A stretch of 64,000 bases of DNA from Azolla caroliniana (lineage: Eukaryota; Plantae; Polypodiophyta): NCBI GenBank assembly GCA_043228905.1, contig JBHGNT010000003.1:18228001-18292000 (forward strand), written 5' to 3'. The notes below the pieces were generated by a model. That model was given only the letters and a program-made list of their open reading frames with translations. It did not search any database and was not told the DNA's origin. Positions within the stretch are counted from its first letter, which is position 1; the number at the start of each line of letters is the position of its first letter. The position numbers and the translations under genes are program-made. Shown piece by piece: positions 39,688 to 52,042 of this stretch.

Positions 39688-40657
39688 ATACTCATGTACT
39701 TAAAAGGCACCTCAAGGGTATGCCTTAGGTTCAGAGTCGGAAAATCTGTGCTCACAGAATTTACCAATTTGAACATGTCGGGGGATATAGACTCAAGTCG
39801 ATCCACGTGAGGATACATAATGACCTATGCAGGGGGAGCATTGTCATAGCAGTCAAGACTACAGAAGTTTGTGGCTCTGTCGACCGTAGAGGCAGAATAT
39901 ATGGCAGCGGTAGAGGCCAGCAAAGAATTGATTAGGATGAAGAATTTCCTCAGTGAACTAGGAATGAAACAAGCAGATTCCTACTCCACTGTGATAATCA
40001 GAGTGTCATACACCTAGCCAAGAGAGTCGACCAAGAGAGAGAGTCGACAATAGATGATCCAAGTCGAGGACAAGACCGACTAATTGGGCCGGTCAGATGG
40101 TCGATGACAAGACCGACTAGTTGGGCCGACTGGGCAATCGACACAGGAGTCGGTTGGTCGAATCGACTAGTTGACCAGGCAGCTGATTAATTGATATTGT
40201 TATTACTATAATAATAAAAGTGATAATAGTAGGGACTACATTTGTAAATAGCCCATACAGTGTATAAGTATAAATACACTTAGGGCAAACATTATGTATT
40301 GTGAACAGAAAGAGTAGATCATAGTGAAGTGTTATGAAGCTAAAGAGTGCTTGTGAGAGAAGAAGAGGGAGACGCGCAAGAGCGTGAGCGGCGCCATAGT
40401 TGTGTGTGCAACGGTAGATGCCAAGGGCCCTATGTGGCTAGTACACTCTGTATGAGAGTGGTGTAATCTGTTTTATCCTTGTCTTGTATATCCAGTATCA
40501 TAGTGAAGATTTGTTCGCGTGGTATTCCCCGTTTTAGGGTTTCCATGTAATACCTGTGTATTGTGCATTTCTCTGTTTATTTGTTGTTTTCTGTTTCCGC
40601 GTTGTGTCTCTACATTTCAGCACATCTTCCTCACTGATTTACGATCCCATCCCATCA
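39688..40657 (+). mobile_element. Copia F remnant: RNase H plus partial 3' LTR
   Basis: YLKGTS...ALSTVEAEYMAAVEA...CDNQS. LTR ~40021-40657 resembles the reverse complement of the D LTR. Confidence 0.8.
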
Positions 40658-40668
40658 ACTTCCACCAC

Positions 40669-40703
<35 letters not shown>

Positions 40704-40998
40704 CGACATGGAATAAACAAAATAGACAAAAGACAAGAAAAACTCTATTCACAAGAAAATAATAACCAACACAGATACAAGGAGAGGAGAAGGTACTTAT
40801 ATAGTCACCTTCTCTCTACACTCTCTTTCTACCTCTTGGGAAAGATGTGGGGACTTAACTATCTATCTACTAACTATGTGTCATAGAAGTTAAGTCTTAT
40901 GACACATTAGTTATGTTACATGATAGTGGGGGGTTCACACACTTGAATATTCTTAAAGCGTGTTCACATCACACGAAAGTTGAGTTTGATTCTCAACA
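40658..40998 (-). repeat. Partial LTR with (GA)n microsatellite
   Basis: Reverse complement begins TGTTGAGAATCAAACTCAAC, like the family-A LTR start. TATA-like motif and CT-rich tract. Confidence 0.6.
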
Positions 40999-42181
40999 AC
41001 TAGCTATAAAGCAAGATTCCAATTTTAAAACATAAGAGCACATTCAATGGGGTTTCAACCAACTTCTTTACAAGATGGATGAAATGTCAATTTTCATGTG
41101 TGATGCTCCTTCATAAACTCCATGTGTGAATTTTGTTTACGAGTTACTAACTTACTAGTACTCAATATTTTATGTATCTAGCAATTCTTCTCCATTATGT
41201 ATGTTACGACTCATATGCCAAAAAACATCAAATCTTTAAATACCAAATAACCTTTAAAAATAAGCATTATCCTTCAAGTGATGATGGCACTTGAGAGGAC
41301 TTGTTACAAACAAAATTTGGGATTATGTGGGTTTGAATTACCAAAGTAACGAATAGTGGATATAAATAAAACTTGCAATGCATACCCACATAGTTCGACT
41401 TTCAAACCTCAAGGTGACATTTTCAAGCTTTTATGCAAATATTTTATTTCAAAATTTAAGCAAATACAAACACAAATTGCAACTACAATAGAGCTTTTGA
41501 AATAGCACAAACTAAATTAAACATCCGTAATTTTGAACATGAGTAAACCTGCTTACAATTTAATACTTGCCTCTACATTAACGATCCTACTATTACAATA
41601 AAAAAATAGGACATCATCACATCTTCCCAAAAATACACTATCAAAAAAATATAGAATAACTTACCTCATTACTTGTGATAAGATCAATAATCCCAATATT
41701 GCCTTTGATATTCCAAGCACAACTACAAAGTTTCCCAAGTTAGTGTCGCCATCCACACTACATAATCTTTAGTTGTAACTTCTCATAAACCATCAATTTG
41801 CAAGTATAACAATATTACACTCAATATTTCCAAAGCTCCCTTATGCAAAGTTGAATAACACTATTAGAAGGTTTGACATTTAAGTTGGCACTTGCTTTTT
41901 AGCATTAAATATATCCAATTTCAATAACTTATCTTTACAAATAGCTTATATTTTCAAGTGACTAGATGTCGGGTTTATGCCCAAAAGTAACACTAAAAAC
42001 ATAGAATATTAAATCAACCTTGTGCATCAAAGTTTGTCAGCAACAACTATTTATGTCTTACACATGCCATTTTGGTGATGGACAAGCTGAGGAAAAAGAG
42101 GACATGGGTGTTCAAATTCTTAATCAATGATGTGATCTATAGACATGGGATTGTTGGCAAAACCATGGCTAGTAAAGGAAA

Positions 42182-42452
42182 ACTAGATGCTAACAAGGCA
42201 AAAGATCTCTTCTTTTGATCAAGGGTTAAATTTTCACTCACCAAAGCACACACAACAAAGAGGCCAATGGCAAAGTGGATCTTGGTCATAGTGCCATCAT
42301 GAAGGCATTTGTGGTAGCAAAGGCCGACTAGATGCTAACAAGGCAACAAATCTCTTCTTTTGATTGAGGGTTAAGTTTTCACTCACCAAAACATTTAACA
42401 AGGAGGCCAATGTGAAAGTGGAGCTTGCTCATAGTACCATCGTGGAGGCATT
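42182..42452. repeat. Local ~146-bp-period duplication
   Basis: CTAGATGCTAACAAGGCAA...GGCATT occurs twice. Confidence 0.8.
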
Positions 42453-44393
42453 AATGAAAACTGAATTGAGTTGCCTTGACTATAACCTTATGTTTTGTGG
42501 GTGGCCAAACCACCATTACATGGTTTTAAGATTAGTGGCTTACATCCTAATTTACAATGACAAAGAAAATCTCTTTAAAGTCAAAATCAAATAGCTCAAA
42601 AGGAGAACCTTCAATATAAACCACTTTTCAATGATTTCTTAAAAGCCTAAATTTGGCAAACCTTATCAAACAATGGCAATGACCTCAAAACCTCGATGCA
42701 ATTGTTTTGGTATATAATGAACAATCCAGAAGCTTTGTTTCTTTTAGGATACAAAACATACATCCCTCCAATATACAAAAACACCAATCCATTAATATTG
42801 CCCATAATTATACAAAGTGATACTTGGAGCTTGATATTGCTCAACAGTAATGAATGGCTCAAGATATATATGGCATGCTTACATGCGTATCAAATCTCTT
42901 CAATTCTTTGAAATAGAGTTTTTATTTATTAGAAAGGCATGTAGTAAGCTATAAACACTAGAAGTTTTGTAAACTAAAAACACATGATTCTAAAAAAAAA
43001 TATGGTCCAATCTTTTCACCATTAAGGGAGTTATATCTTGCAATCAGCAACAGTTAAATACAATTTGGTGTCTCAAACTAAACCTTCTAAAATTTTATTA
43101 CTTGAAAGCAAATCACAAAACTATTTTAAGCAGAATCTATTTAACCCTTAACCAAACAGTTTTAAGGGATTTTTAACCTCATACCAAACAGTTTAAGAGA
43201 TTTTCAAACCACTAAGCCATTGAGCCATGGTTTTATACTTTGATGCAAAATAATATTTTATCTCAACTTTTGCAAATTCTTTAACATATAGTTTTGCAAG
43301 GTGAAGTCTGCCACAAAGGGAAAATATTGGATCTCAAATGTTAGAACTTGTTGCGTTATTTGGCTATAGGTCTTAACCTTACGAAATTAATTCATATTTC
43401 ATAATTACTTCAAAAATGTTCTAACCCTAAGCCATTTAAGCTGAAATTTGAAGCTGTTTATAAACCACACAGTGTTAAGTTGATAAAGGCTCAAACCAAG
43501 CCCTTGAACCCTTGAGCCAAAACAAGACGTTTACAAATTTTGAGATCTGAACCGAACTAAGCTGTTTAAACTGTTACGTTGTTAAGCCACGGTTTTTGTG
43601 GTTCAGTTCAGTTTAAACTGAACCGTAACCATTGCCTATTGTCTATTGCTAATTATATCCAATAACTGGACACTGGTCTACCCTGCTTTTGTATCCTAAT
43701 GCCCTCGACTTTTAGGACAAAACCCCATTATTCAAACTTATGAGAAGCTAACAATACAACCAAGCCTATTCAGTTATGGCCAGTGGTGGTGCCTTTTTTA
43801 TCCCATAAGACAGACAACATCAAGTAAAAATATTAGCCGTCTATCAGAGACTAGCATACAAAAAAGATCACCACTACAATTACCAACATAAAATTCACTT
43901 GTATAACCTTCTTCATGAGCAAAGAACTCTCCAGGGTCTGCACTATTTCCAATGCATCTCTCGTCAAAGTATATCATCTGCTAGTTCGAATGACAGAAAT
44001 AAAAAAATAAGAAAGGATCTGATTAGCAAGATGCACTGTACATAGTCGACATCGCATACTAGCCATGATACAACATTTGTTATTTACCCATTTATTAGAC
44101 AGCTGACGCAGGAATTCCTATAATTATAACATTAGAGCACTAGCTCATCTGCCACCATATGGATGAACTCCCCTTAATAGAATAATCTTCTATGTAAGAA
44201 TTTCTATCAAAAGAAGGTTTAGCTATCCAAGTGGGTCTTAATTTCTTATAGAATATTAGCTAACCAAACATGATCATTGACTTGACATTCCCATTGGCGT
44301 ATCCAAATTATTCAAACATTCAGCCATCAATCATGCACTAGAGTCTTCACAAATAACATCAGCATCCCTAATTCTCCTTACAATCTTCGATTC

Positions 44394-44620
44394 TTCAGCC
44401 ATCATATGCTAACATTTCTTCATGAAGAACATCAAAAATTTCACTTCAGTTTTAGCCATCATATGCTAACATTTCTTCATGACGAACATAAATATTTTTA
44501 CTTCTAACAGTTTCAGCCACCATATGCTTCTACACAAAGAGCATCATGCTTCTTAGTTTTCTTACATCTTCAGTCACCATATGCTAAATTCTTCAATGGA
44601 ACATCAACATTGTAACTTCT
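44394..44620. repeat. Degenerate ~58-bp tandem repeat (4 units), probably in the 3' UTR of the CCCH gene
   Basis: TTCAGCCA(T/C)CATATGCT-like core recurs four times. Confidence 0.7.
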
Positions 44621-46187
44621 CCTTGTTATCAATCACCTTCTCCTTCACAGCCTCAACTTCCTTTCTTGCCAATATTGTAATTTCTAGCTTCATCTAGTTA
44701 AATAGCAGATCTCTATCATGCACAAACCTGGAAAGGAACAAATCAACTATATCTCTCCAGCATCAAACACAGTTTAAAATTCTGCGTCATTTAGCACCTA
44801 GGTTGCTTCAAAACTCAGAAACCCAACTACCCAACCCTAAATTCTACGTCATTTAGCGCCTTAAGGTTGCCATGGATTAATATGCCAACTTCTCCATAGA
44901 ACATAAACAGTTCTTATAGGAATCCTAAATAGATTGTTAGTTCTATCCAAACTCATCACCCATATCAAATCAAATGCTAGCTTCTTTAAAATATATACAG
45001 AGCTGGTATGAAACACATCATATTTTTATCAAGTTTTAGGTACTGTAAGAGACCTTGAAACCAAATATGCATGCTACTTAAATTAAGCAATTGAAAACAA
45101 ATTACTTCCAAGCCTGAAGCTTGAGAACCAAATTCCCATCAAGATTGTTGAAATACGAAGCATAGATGCATACATAAACTCTAACAAAAATCAATGGATG
45201 AACCATATCAAATTTCAGCATCATTGAGCAGACATTCTCAGACATGATGAAAGATGAACAGAATAAATCTCTCACTGAGGGTATATACACATGCAAACTT
45301 ACAAAACAGTAGGTGCACATGTAGTCTACCTACAAAGATCTTGACTTAGTCAACAATCAAAACATGAGAAGAGGTAATAAGAAATACTCTGAGAAGAAAA
45401 AAGTCAATCATGAATGTTGTTTGCAGAAACACGCTGCCCTGAACATTGAATAATAATAAAAGACACTAAACCTACTTATATCACCAAATTCTGAAAGCGC
45501 ACACTGCACTGTATTTGGCAGTTTAATTAACTCAAATAGTTACACTTGCACTTCCATTTCTTGATTCTTCTGCAAGCAAAAGATAGAGCTCACCTGTAAT
45601 CAAGCTTCAGATCTTTTAACAAAAGCCGAGCTTTATACAACCTCCTGGCTTTAGGCTTATGTTTCAAACACCTTTCCTCAGCTCCATGCTCTCAAACTGT
45701 TATGCCATATTCAGGTATATTCAAGCTATCTGATATCCCTTTAAAAAATAATGCTTCACTAGTTCGTTTATTTATATTCAAATTCAAACAATCTTTAACA
45801 ATCAAAAGCTGTGGTGACTTACAAGTCCCACATGTAAAGCAACTTGATAAGATTAAAACAACTAAAATTATACTTGGTTTTATTTATTTCCCCAAATGCC
45901 CCTAAGCACTATATTTCTCCAAATGCACTTGGTGAACCCCTCTCAAGCAATTACATATGCTACTTGATGATGAAGTGTTGTGTAATTTCTTCCCCTTTTA
46001 CTTTCTTTTGGGGTTGATCAGGGGTATTTGGGGGAAAAAATATAGGGGAATTTTGAGGAAATAGAGAAAGACTCAGATATTTCCAAGTGCTCCCAATAAA
46101 ACATGTTTGATCAAAAGAAGTAAAGAGCAATAAATAACATTTCTGAGGTCAAAAATCATAAGAGTGATATCGAATATTTGCATATAC

Positions 46188-46822
46188 CTACGCAGTATTA
46201 TAACCACCAATATAGGTCATTTGTTGAGTGCTGTAACCAGCAGCATTATAATAAGTGGCTGAATCTCCATTCTTAGCCTCACTCTGATAGTTAGTCTGAC
46301 TTCCATCGGCCACATAAGATTGAGTCTGATTAATACCTTGATAACTGGGAACATTTCCATAGTATGCGGCACTTTGTTGCTGCTGCTGAGACTGGTTGGG
46401 AACATAATGGGCTATATTATTCTCATTCTTCACATATCCACCATCAGTGGAATAATTTCCCGTCCACGGAGTAGTTGGATTCAGTTCAGTATAGCTTTGA
46501 TTATTCTGAGTAGGAAGGTTGGGCTGACCATAACCCTGATTGAGTTGACCTGTTTGGGTAGGCTGAACATAGCTTTGATATTGTGGAACATAACTTTGTT
46601 GTGATGGTGGAGGTGCTACATTAGGTTGAATATGGCTTTGTGTGGTTGAATTCTCTGGATTCCAGTAATTGTAGTTCGTAGAATAGCCATTTGTATTAGT
46701 TACTTGTCCGTTCCCATAGGAGTTCACGGTCCCTGGATAAGCATTTGTATATGGATCGCTTTGGTTCACTGTTCCGGGCCCAGAATTATACACTGGCTGA
46801 CCAGCAGAGTAAGGGCGTAACT
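46188..46822 (-). CDS. CCCH zinc-finger protein, coding exon 2 (Y/Q/N/G/S-rich low-complexity domain)
   Basis: Acceptor TTTTTCTATCAG|AG. The phase-1 join gives HFAHGQT-E-LRPY, the expected post-finger ELR motif. In frame with ORF 46188-46793. Confidence 0.85.
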
Positions 46823-48087
46823 CTGATAGAAAAACAAACCATCAAGCACAAAAAAGGTTATATGAAGCAAATCTTCGGAAATAAAATAAAAATGTAGTTG
46901 CAATATCTAGTAATCTTTGGAAAAATCAATTTGATCATTATGAGTCCAAGACTGATGTGCACTCATTATATGATTTATCTATTTTATCGCTGAACCAAAC
47001 AGGTACTTCTCAATAGTGACATCTACTCACCTATTTCCAACACTAATATATAATTATTATGAGTTCAAGATCATGTGTGCTTACAATGTGATTTGTCTAT
47101 TTCATCAAAAAACCAAGCAGGATTTACCAAATATCATCTGAGACGGTATCTTTTAAGATGGTTGCCAGAACTACGTTACTTGATATGAGATTCAGGGTCC
47201 ATATACTTCTTGTGTGAGTTTTCTATTCATATTTCAATATAATTAAAATGAATTGAAAGTCTGTGAATTCAGGGTCCATTACCTTCAATATTATTTGTGT
47301 TGCACCAGTGAGCAAAACATTACTAAGACACATCAGTACGAGACACTGAAAACACATGAGACTAGACAACTGAGTAATAACAGTTTGTTCAGACACAGGT
47401 AGAGACATTACCTACATGCTATTTACATCATTATCTATCAGAACCCCGTGTAATTGTGTTGTTAAGCTCATGACTGAACCAAACATGGAATCGTTAGGCA
47501 TTGACATTATCTACTAATAACTCCCTGGACCTACCAGACATTGTCTACTAGCATCATTGTTAATATTGATTCAGATACTATGAGTCCTTGATCCATGTCA
47601 TATAGTATATGATTAATTCTCTGTTTCTTCAGTTAACCACATGGATATGGTCAAAGACATCACCCGCTAGTGTCATCGACAATGTTAATTGATTTATTGG
47701 CACTCTGATATCCAGGGTTTAATCACAATATGAATTCTTCATATCAATAATGAACCCAAAAGGATTGGGACATTATCTGCTTACATTTTTAGCATTCATT
47801 TACTTATTGCAACTTCTGAATCAGTGATATACACTTATGCAATGGACACATGGAATGACATGTTCATTTCATCAGTGAATCAAGCAAAACGACCTTACGC
47901 ATCATTTCCCACGCCTAACTAACATTGACAGATACATTATCTATGATCATTACTTCTGACATAAAATCAGGATACATGTGTGAAATGAATCTATAATGGA
48001 TCTATTTCAAAAGGGAGTAAAACACTCAAAAATCAACAAGAATAAGAGGATTCTCACAAGCAGAACCAGAAAGCATATATAAAAGAC

Positions 48088-49060
48088 CTGTTTGTCCATG
48101 AGCGAAATGGCATTTGTCTCCATAGCTACATATCTCGCCTTTCTCCCATCGAGAGCAGATTCGAGTTTTATAATTTGACCTCGAAGAAGAGCCAGTATAG
48201 TTCACCGAGGAACCACTGGAGTTAGAAGAAGCAAATGATCCATCGACCACAACTAAATTTTCGTTTCTCTGAGTATGATCATTACCATGAGAGAATGTGC
48301 ATCGATCTCCATAAGGACAATTTCCTTCTGAGAAATACCTACATGGCTTATTACTCCTCCTCAGAGGATCCATTGAAACCTTGCCCATATTTACTGATGA
48401 CCCCACCTTCACTAACTCTTCCCATCCTTGAGGAGGTTTTCTCAGATCTTCTTCACCGTGAGCAAAATGGCATCTTTCATTGAACGTGCAAGTTCCGAGT
48501 TTGAATTTAGTGCAAATTTTTGTTTTGTAGAATAACGCACTTGTGCCTGATGAAGATTTTCCCGAACCAGGAGGAAAACTACCCTGAATCGGGAAACCAC
48601 TCTGAAAACTTCCGTGAAGACCGCTACTTAAACCACTAGTTAGATCGTTTGTATTGGTCTGTGGCATGGATCCATTAAAACTCTGTTGCGACGCAATTCC
48701 TCCATATCCAGAGTTCGCAGATGAACCATTATAAGAAGGAAGCACAGACCCTTGTACGCTGACATGGCTCTCTGCAGCGGGAGGAGCATCAGCAGCAGAA
48801 GAAGAAGGTACATTTCCATGGCCAGATGAAACGTTCAGATCTGACGAAACTTGATTTTCGGAGGTTTGGTTAGCTGGATCTTGAGCTAGGTCAGGCCTAG
48901 CTTTCTTGTAGAGAGGTTCAGTGAGGGAGGGAGGGGGTCGTTTCGGCGCAGAATGGGGGAGCTCTGGTGCCACGACGGAGGTGTTGGCGCCGCCACCATC
49001 GCTCCATGGCGAAGGAGAAGAAGAAGAGAACGAGGAATTAGGGTTTGCTGCAGAATCCAT
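48088..49060 (-). CDS. CCCH zinc-finger protein, coding exon 1 (three CCCH fingers; total protein 535 aa)
   Basis: C-x7-C-x5-C-x3-H twice and C-x8-C-x5-C-x3-H, with YKT lead-ins and AHGEEDLRKPPQGWEELV, typical of plant three-finger C3H proteins. Donor CAG|GT at 48088/48087. 973+635=1608 nt. Confidence 0.92.
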
Positions 49061-49075
49061 GGTACCTCAAAACCA

Positions 49076-49117
49076 GAAGAAGACGAAGAAGAAGAAGAAG
49101 AAGAAGAAGAGGAAGAA
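49076..49117 (-). repeat. (TTC)n microsatellite in the 5' UTR
   Basis: GAA repeat on the + strand just upstream of the ATG at 49060. Confidence 0.9.
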
Positions 49118-49199
49118 AGAATATGTATGTGAAGAAGAACTAGAGATTACATATGCTTTTCTTTATTTGGCTTGGATGCCCCTCCCTCTGGAATTTCAT

Positions 49200-49600
49200 T
49201 AATTCCCGGAATGCCCCTGATATGGCCAATCCATTATTTCCCTGGCCATTTCGTTATTTCCTTGGGACATATTTCGGGCTGTGGGCGAGGCACTTAAAAA
49301 TGGCCAGCCCGATTGTCCGGCCGGTCATATACATATCGACCATCCCATCAAAACGAATTGTGTATACATATCTCTCAGAGTCCAGACCTAAACACACACT
49401 CGGCTCCCTATTTTTCCATTTCTCATTACACAACACACACCATTTTACCAGTGTGTCCACGTGACATGACTAGCCCACCCTGCTCATCCTCTAGAAAATG
49501 GTCATCCCCCATACGAGTCTACCTCTTAAGCTACCTTGTTAGTGCATCGCGTGACCATGACGGTGAGAAAAAACCCTAAACCCACAAATTTATCTTGAAA
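49200..49600 (-). promoter_or_regulatory. Probable promoter region of the CCCH gene
   Basis: G-box CACGTG 49458-49463 and telo-box AAACCCTAA 49571-49579. Motif presence only; function not shown. Confidence 0.4.
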
Positions 49601-52042
49601 AGTGTGGTCGACCACCATCCCTTAAGGTCGTTGGGGTTGATCCGTTAGCTATATACAACTTCACACATGTCGGAACCATCTTTGGGTCTGTGCTTAGGAA
49701 GTTCATCGAGGATTTTGAAGTCATGGTGGGCATGATTATGTTATAAGCATATATAGCTCGTCTGTTATAGGCATAACCTTACAAACCAATTCTATACCTA
49801 ATTTTAATGGGTAAGGGTAGATTGTCAAGAAACCGATAATCTTAAGGAATTGGGCAAACCCTTATGGACAAAAGACACATGGGAATCTGTGGTGGTATGG
49901 GAGCCTTGTAGCTACCCCTTTTAATATGACATCTTCCAACAATGTTGAGACTTTATTGATGAGGCGAAGCTCTTTTCTTCAAATCCATTATTCAATAACC
50001 AAGATATAACATAAGGTAATATTTAGTAGTATAGGACATTAATGGTATTTTTTGTTTGTCTCATGTCCTTCCCTTGGGGCGGCCGATGTAGTTAGGCACT
50101 CGTAATCTATTCTTCTAATTCGTAATCGTACTTCTCATGTGACTCGTTGTATCATGATGTACTCGTTGAAACTCGTCCATAATTCCTTCATTGACATAAC
50201 TTTTTACATAGATATTACATAATTAAATAGTTTAATCAAGGAAAGTTGTGGTAAAATAGGAATTGACCAACATACCTATGAAGTAGGTGAGTAAATCAAC
50301 TAACTAATGTTCGACCATTTCCTTTACATGATATAAGGTTGTATCTTTAACATCTCCCACTAAGGCTATTTGATATTTAGCCTTCGCGTGATTTAAATCA
50401 ACAATGCCTTCAACCATCCTCTCTTGTATGTAATGACAATGTACTTATGTATGTTTCAAATCATATGAACCTAAATGTTTTCTAAGCATAATGAACCATG
50501 CATTGGTGAAGAATCAACAAATAAGTTATAGATATGAGTTATTTAATCTTCAATCTTCACATGCTTTACATCAACAATGCCTTCAACTATATTCTCTCAT
50601 ACACAGTGATAATGTACTTCTGTATGTTTTGAGTGAGCTTGAAAGTTTAGATTATTCACCAACATGATCAAGCTAATGTTATTTGAGCAAACTATCATTG
50701 GCATTGGAACTTGAAGAAGTCTTTGTTGAATACGGGTATATAATGGCCGTATTCACATTGTCCCATTTGGACAAACTAGGTTAGGACATATTTGTAATAT
50801 TCTCAAAGGGCAGTTGCCCTAGTTCAATTAGTATATTATTGAACCTGTCTGTTGGACAAAAATCATTCGATCGGCAACTATAGATTTACATTATGTGAGA
50901 AGAATAAGCACTTTGTCGATTTGCACTCTACTCGACTAGACCACATCTCAGGTAGGCCAATCGGTTGCACCCTCTTCCTTAGTCATAGCCCCCTTAGAGT
51001 GAAATCCTAAATTAGTTGACTCAATTTGTGTCCAATTCAATTAGATCAAATTCGGGTGAACCAACCGGTTGCACCCCCCTTACTGATCGTCGCCATGCCA
51101 AATAGAACTTCCTGACCAAGCCCAAATCAGAAATGGCGTTCACATTCGTCAAATTAGAGATGAGTCTTAGGAAGTTCAACAACACGAACTTCAACTTTTG
51201 GAAGGAGAAAATGTAGGATTACCTAATCATGAAGGATCAAATTGACCCAATTGAGAATGAAAATGCTCCTAATGAATACAAGCCAAATGAATTGACAAAG
51301 TTGGATCGGATAGCTCGTGCCACCATTCAGATGCACTTGTTCGAAACTGTATATTAGACGGTGCAATCTTGTTCGACAACATTCGAATTGTGGAAAACAT
51401 TGTCAGACACTTACGAAAAGAAGGTGGCCGCCACGAAGATTTACTTGATCCTGCACCTTTACAATCTTCGAATTAAGGAATATGATTCGGTCTAGGCACA
51501 CCTGAATGAGTACGAAAACATCAACTCCTAGATTTCGGTCTAAGGGATGATGATCGACAAAGACCTAAAAGCTCTCTTGCTTATGAGTAGTCTACCCCCT
51601 TCATGGGAAACTTTCATCACCAGAATGTGTAATGCATTGGCGACAACCATAAAATACTTTGAGGTTACGAGCTCAATTCTGTCCAAAGATGCTCGGAGGA
51701 AATCGTTTATACATGAATCGGCTAATGATGTTTATGTAGTACAAGGTTCAGCCAACCGACTGAATAGTCGGGGAAGAAGTTCTTCCCCACAGCCGAATAA
51801 TATGAGAAGTTGAAGCAAGTTCAAAGACATGAGAATCTGCAACTATTGCAAGAAACCTGGACACACCAAGGCCAAAAACGAAAAGGCTTAGAGATCTTAG
51901 CAAAAGGGCAACCGACAGGAGGAGGTCAATTTTGTTGACTCTTCAGCCGAAATCTTGTTCGACGACCCGAACATCCTGTTTATAGAGAATTTGGTTGAAT
52001 TAGAAGTTGTATATATAACCGAAGAGTCCACAACATGGCTTC

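Noticed and set aside
32428-40657. C and F as the two ends of one element, or D as an inversion of it
   Set aside because: The LTRs do not match, the flanks (AAAAT vs ACTTC) are not a TSD, and D and F both contain the YLKGTS segment.
43020-43638. Possible hAT-type MITE (AAACC-rich, palindrome TTCAGTTTAAACTGAA)
   Set aside because: No matching second terminus or TSD found.
48026-48087. C-terminal tail of the 344-aa ORF (GLLYMLSG...)
   Set aside because: Read-through into intron 1; splicing at 48088 restores the conserved AHG..ELR motif.
48921-49202. Poly-Lys ORF
   Set aside because: Antisense reading of the (TTC)n 5'-UTR microsatellite.
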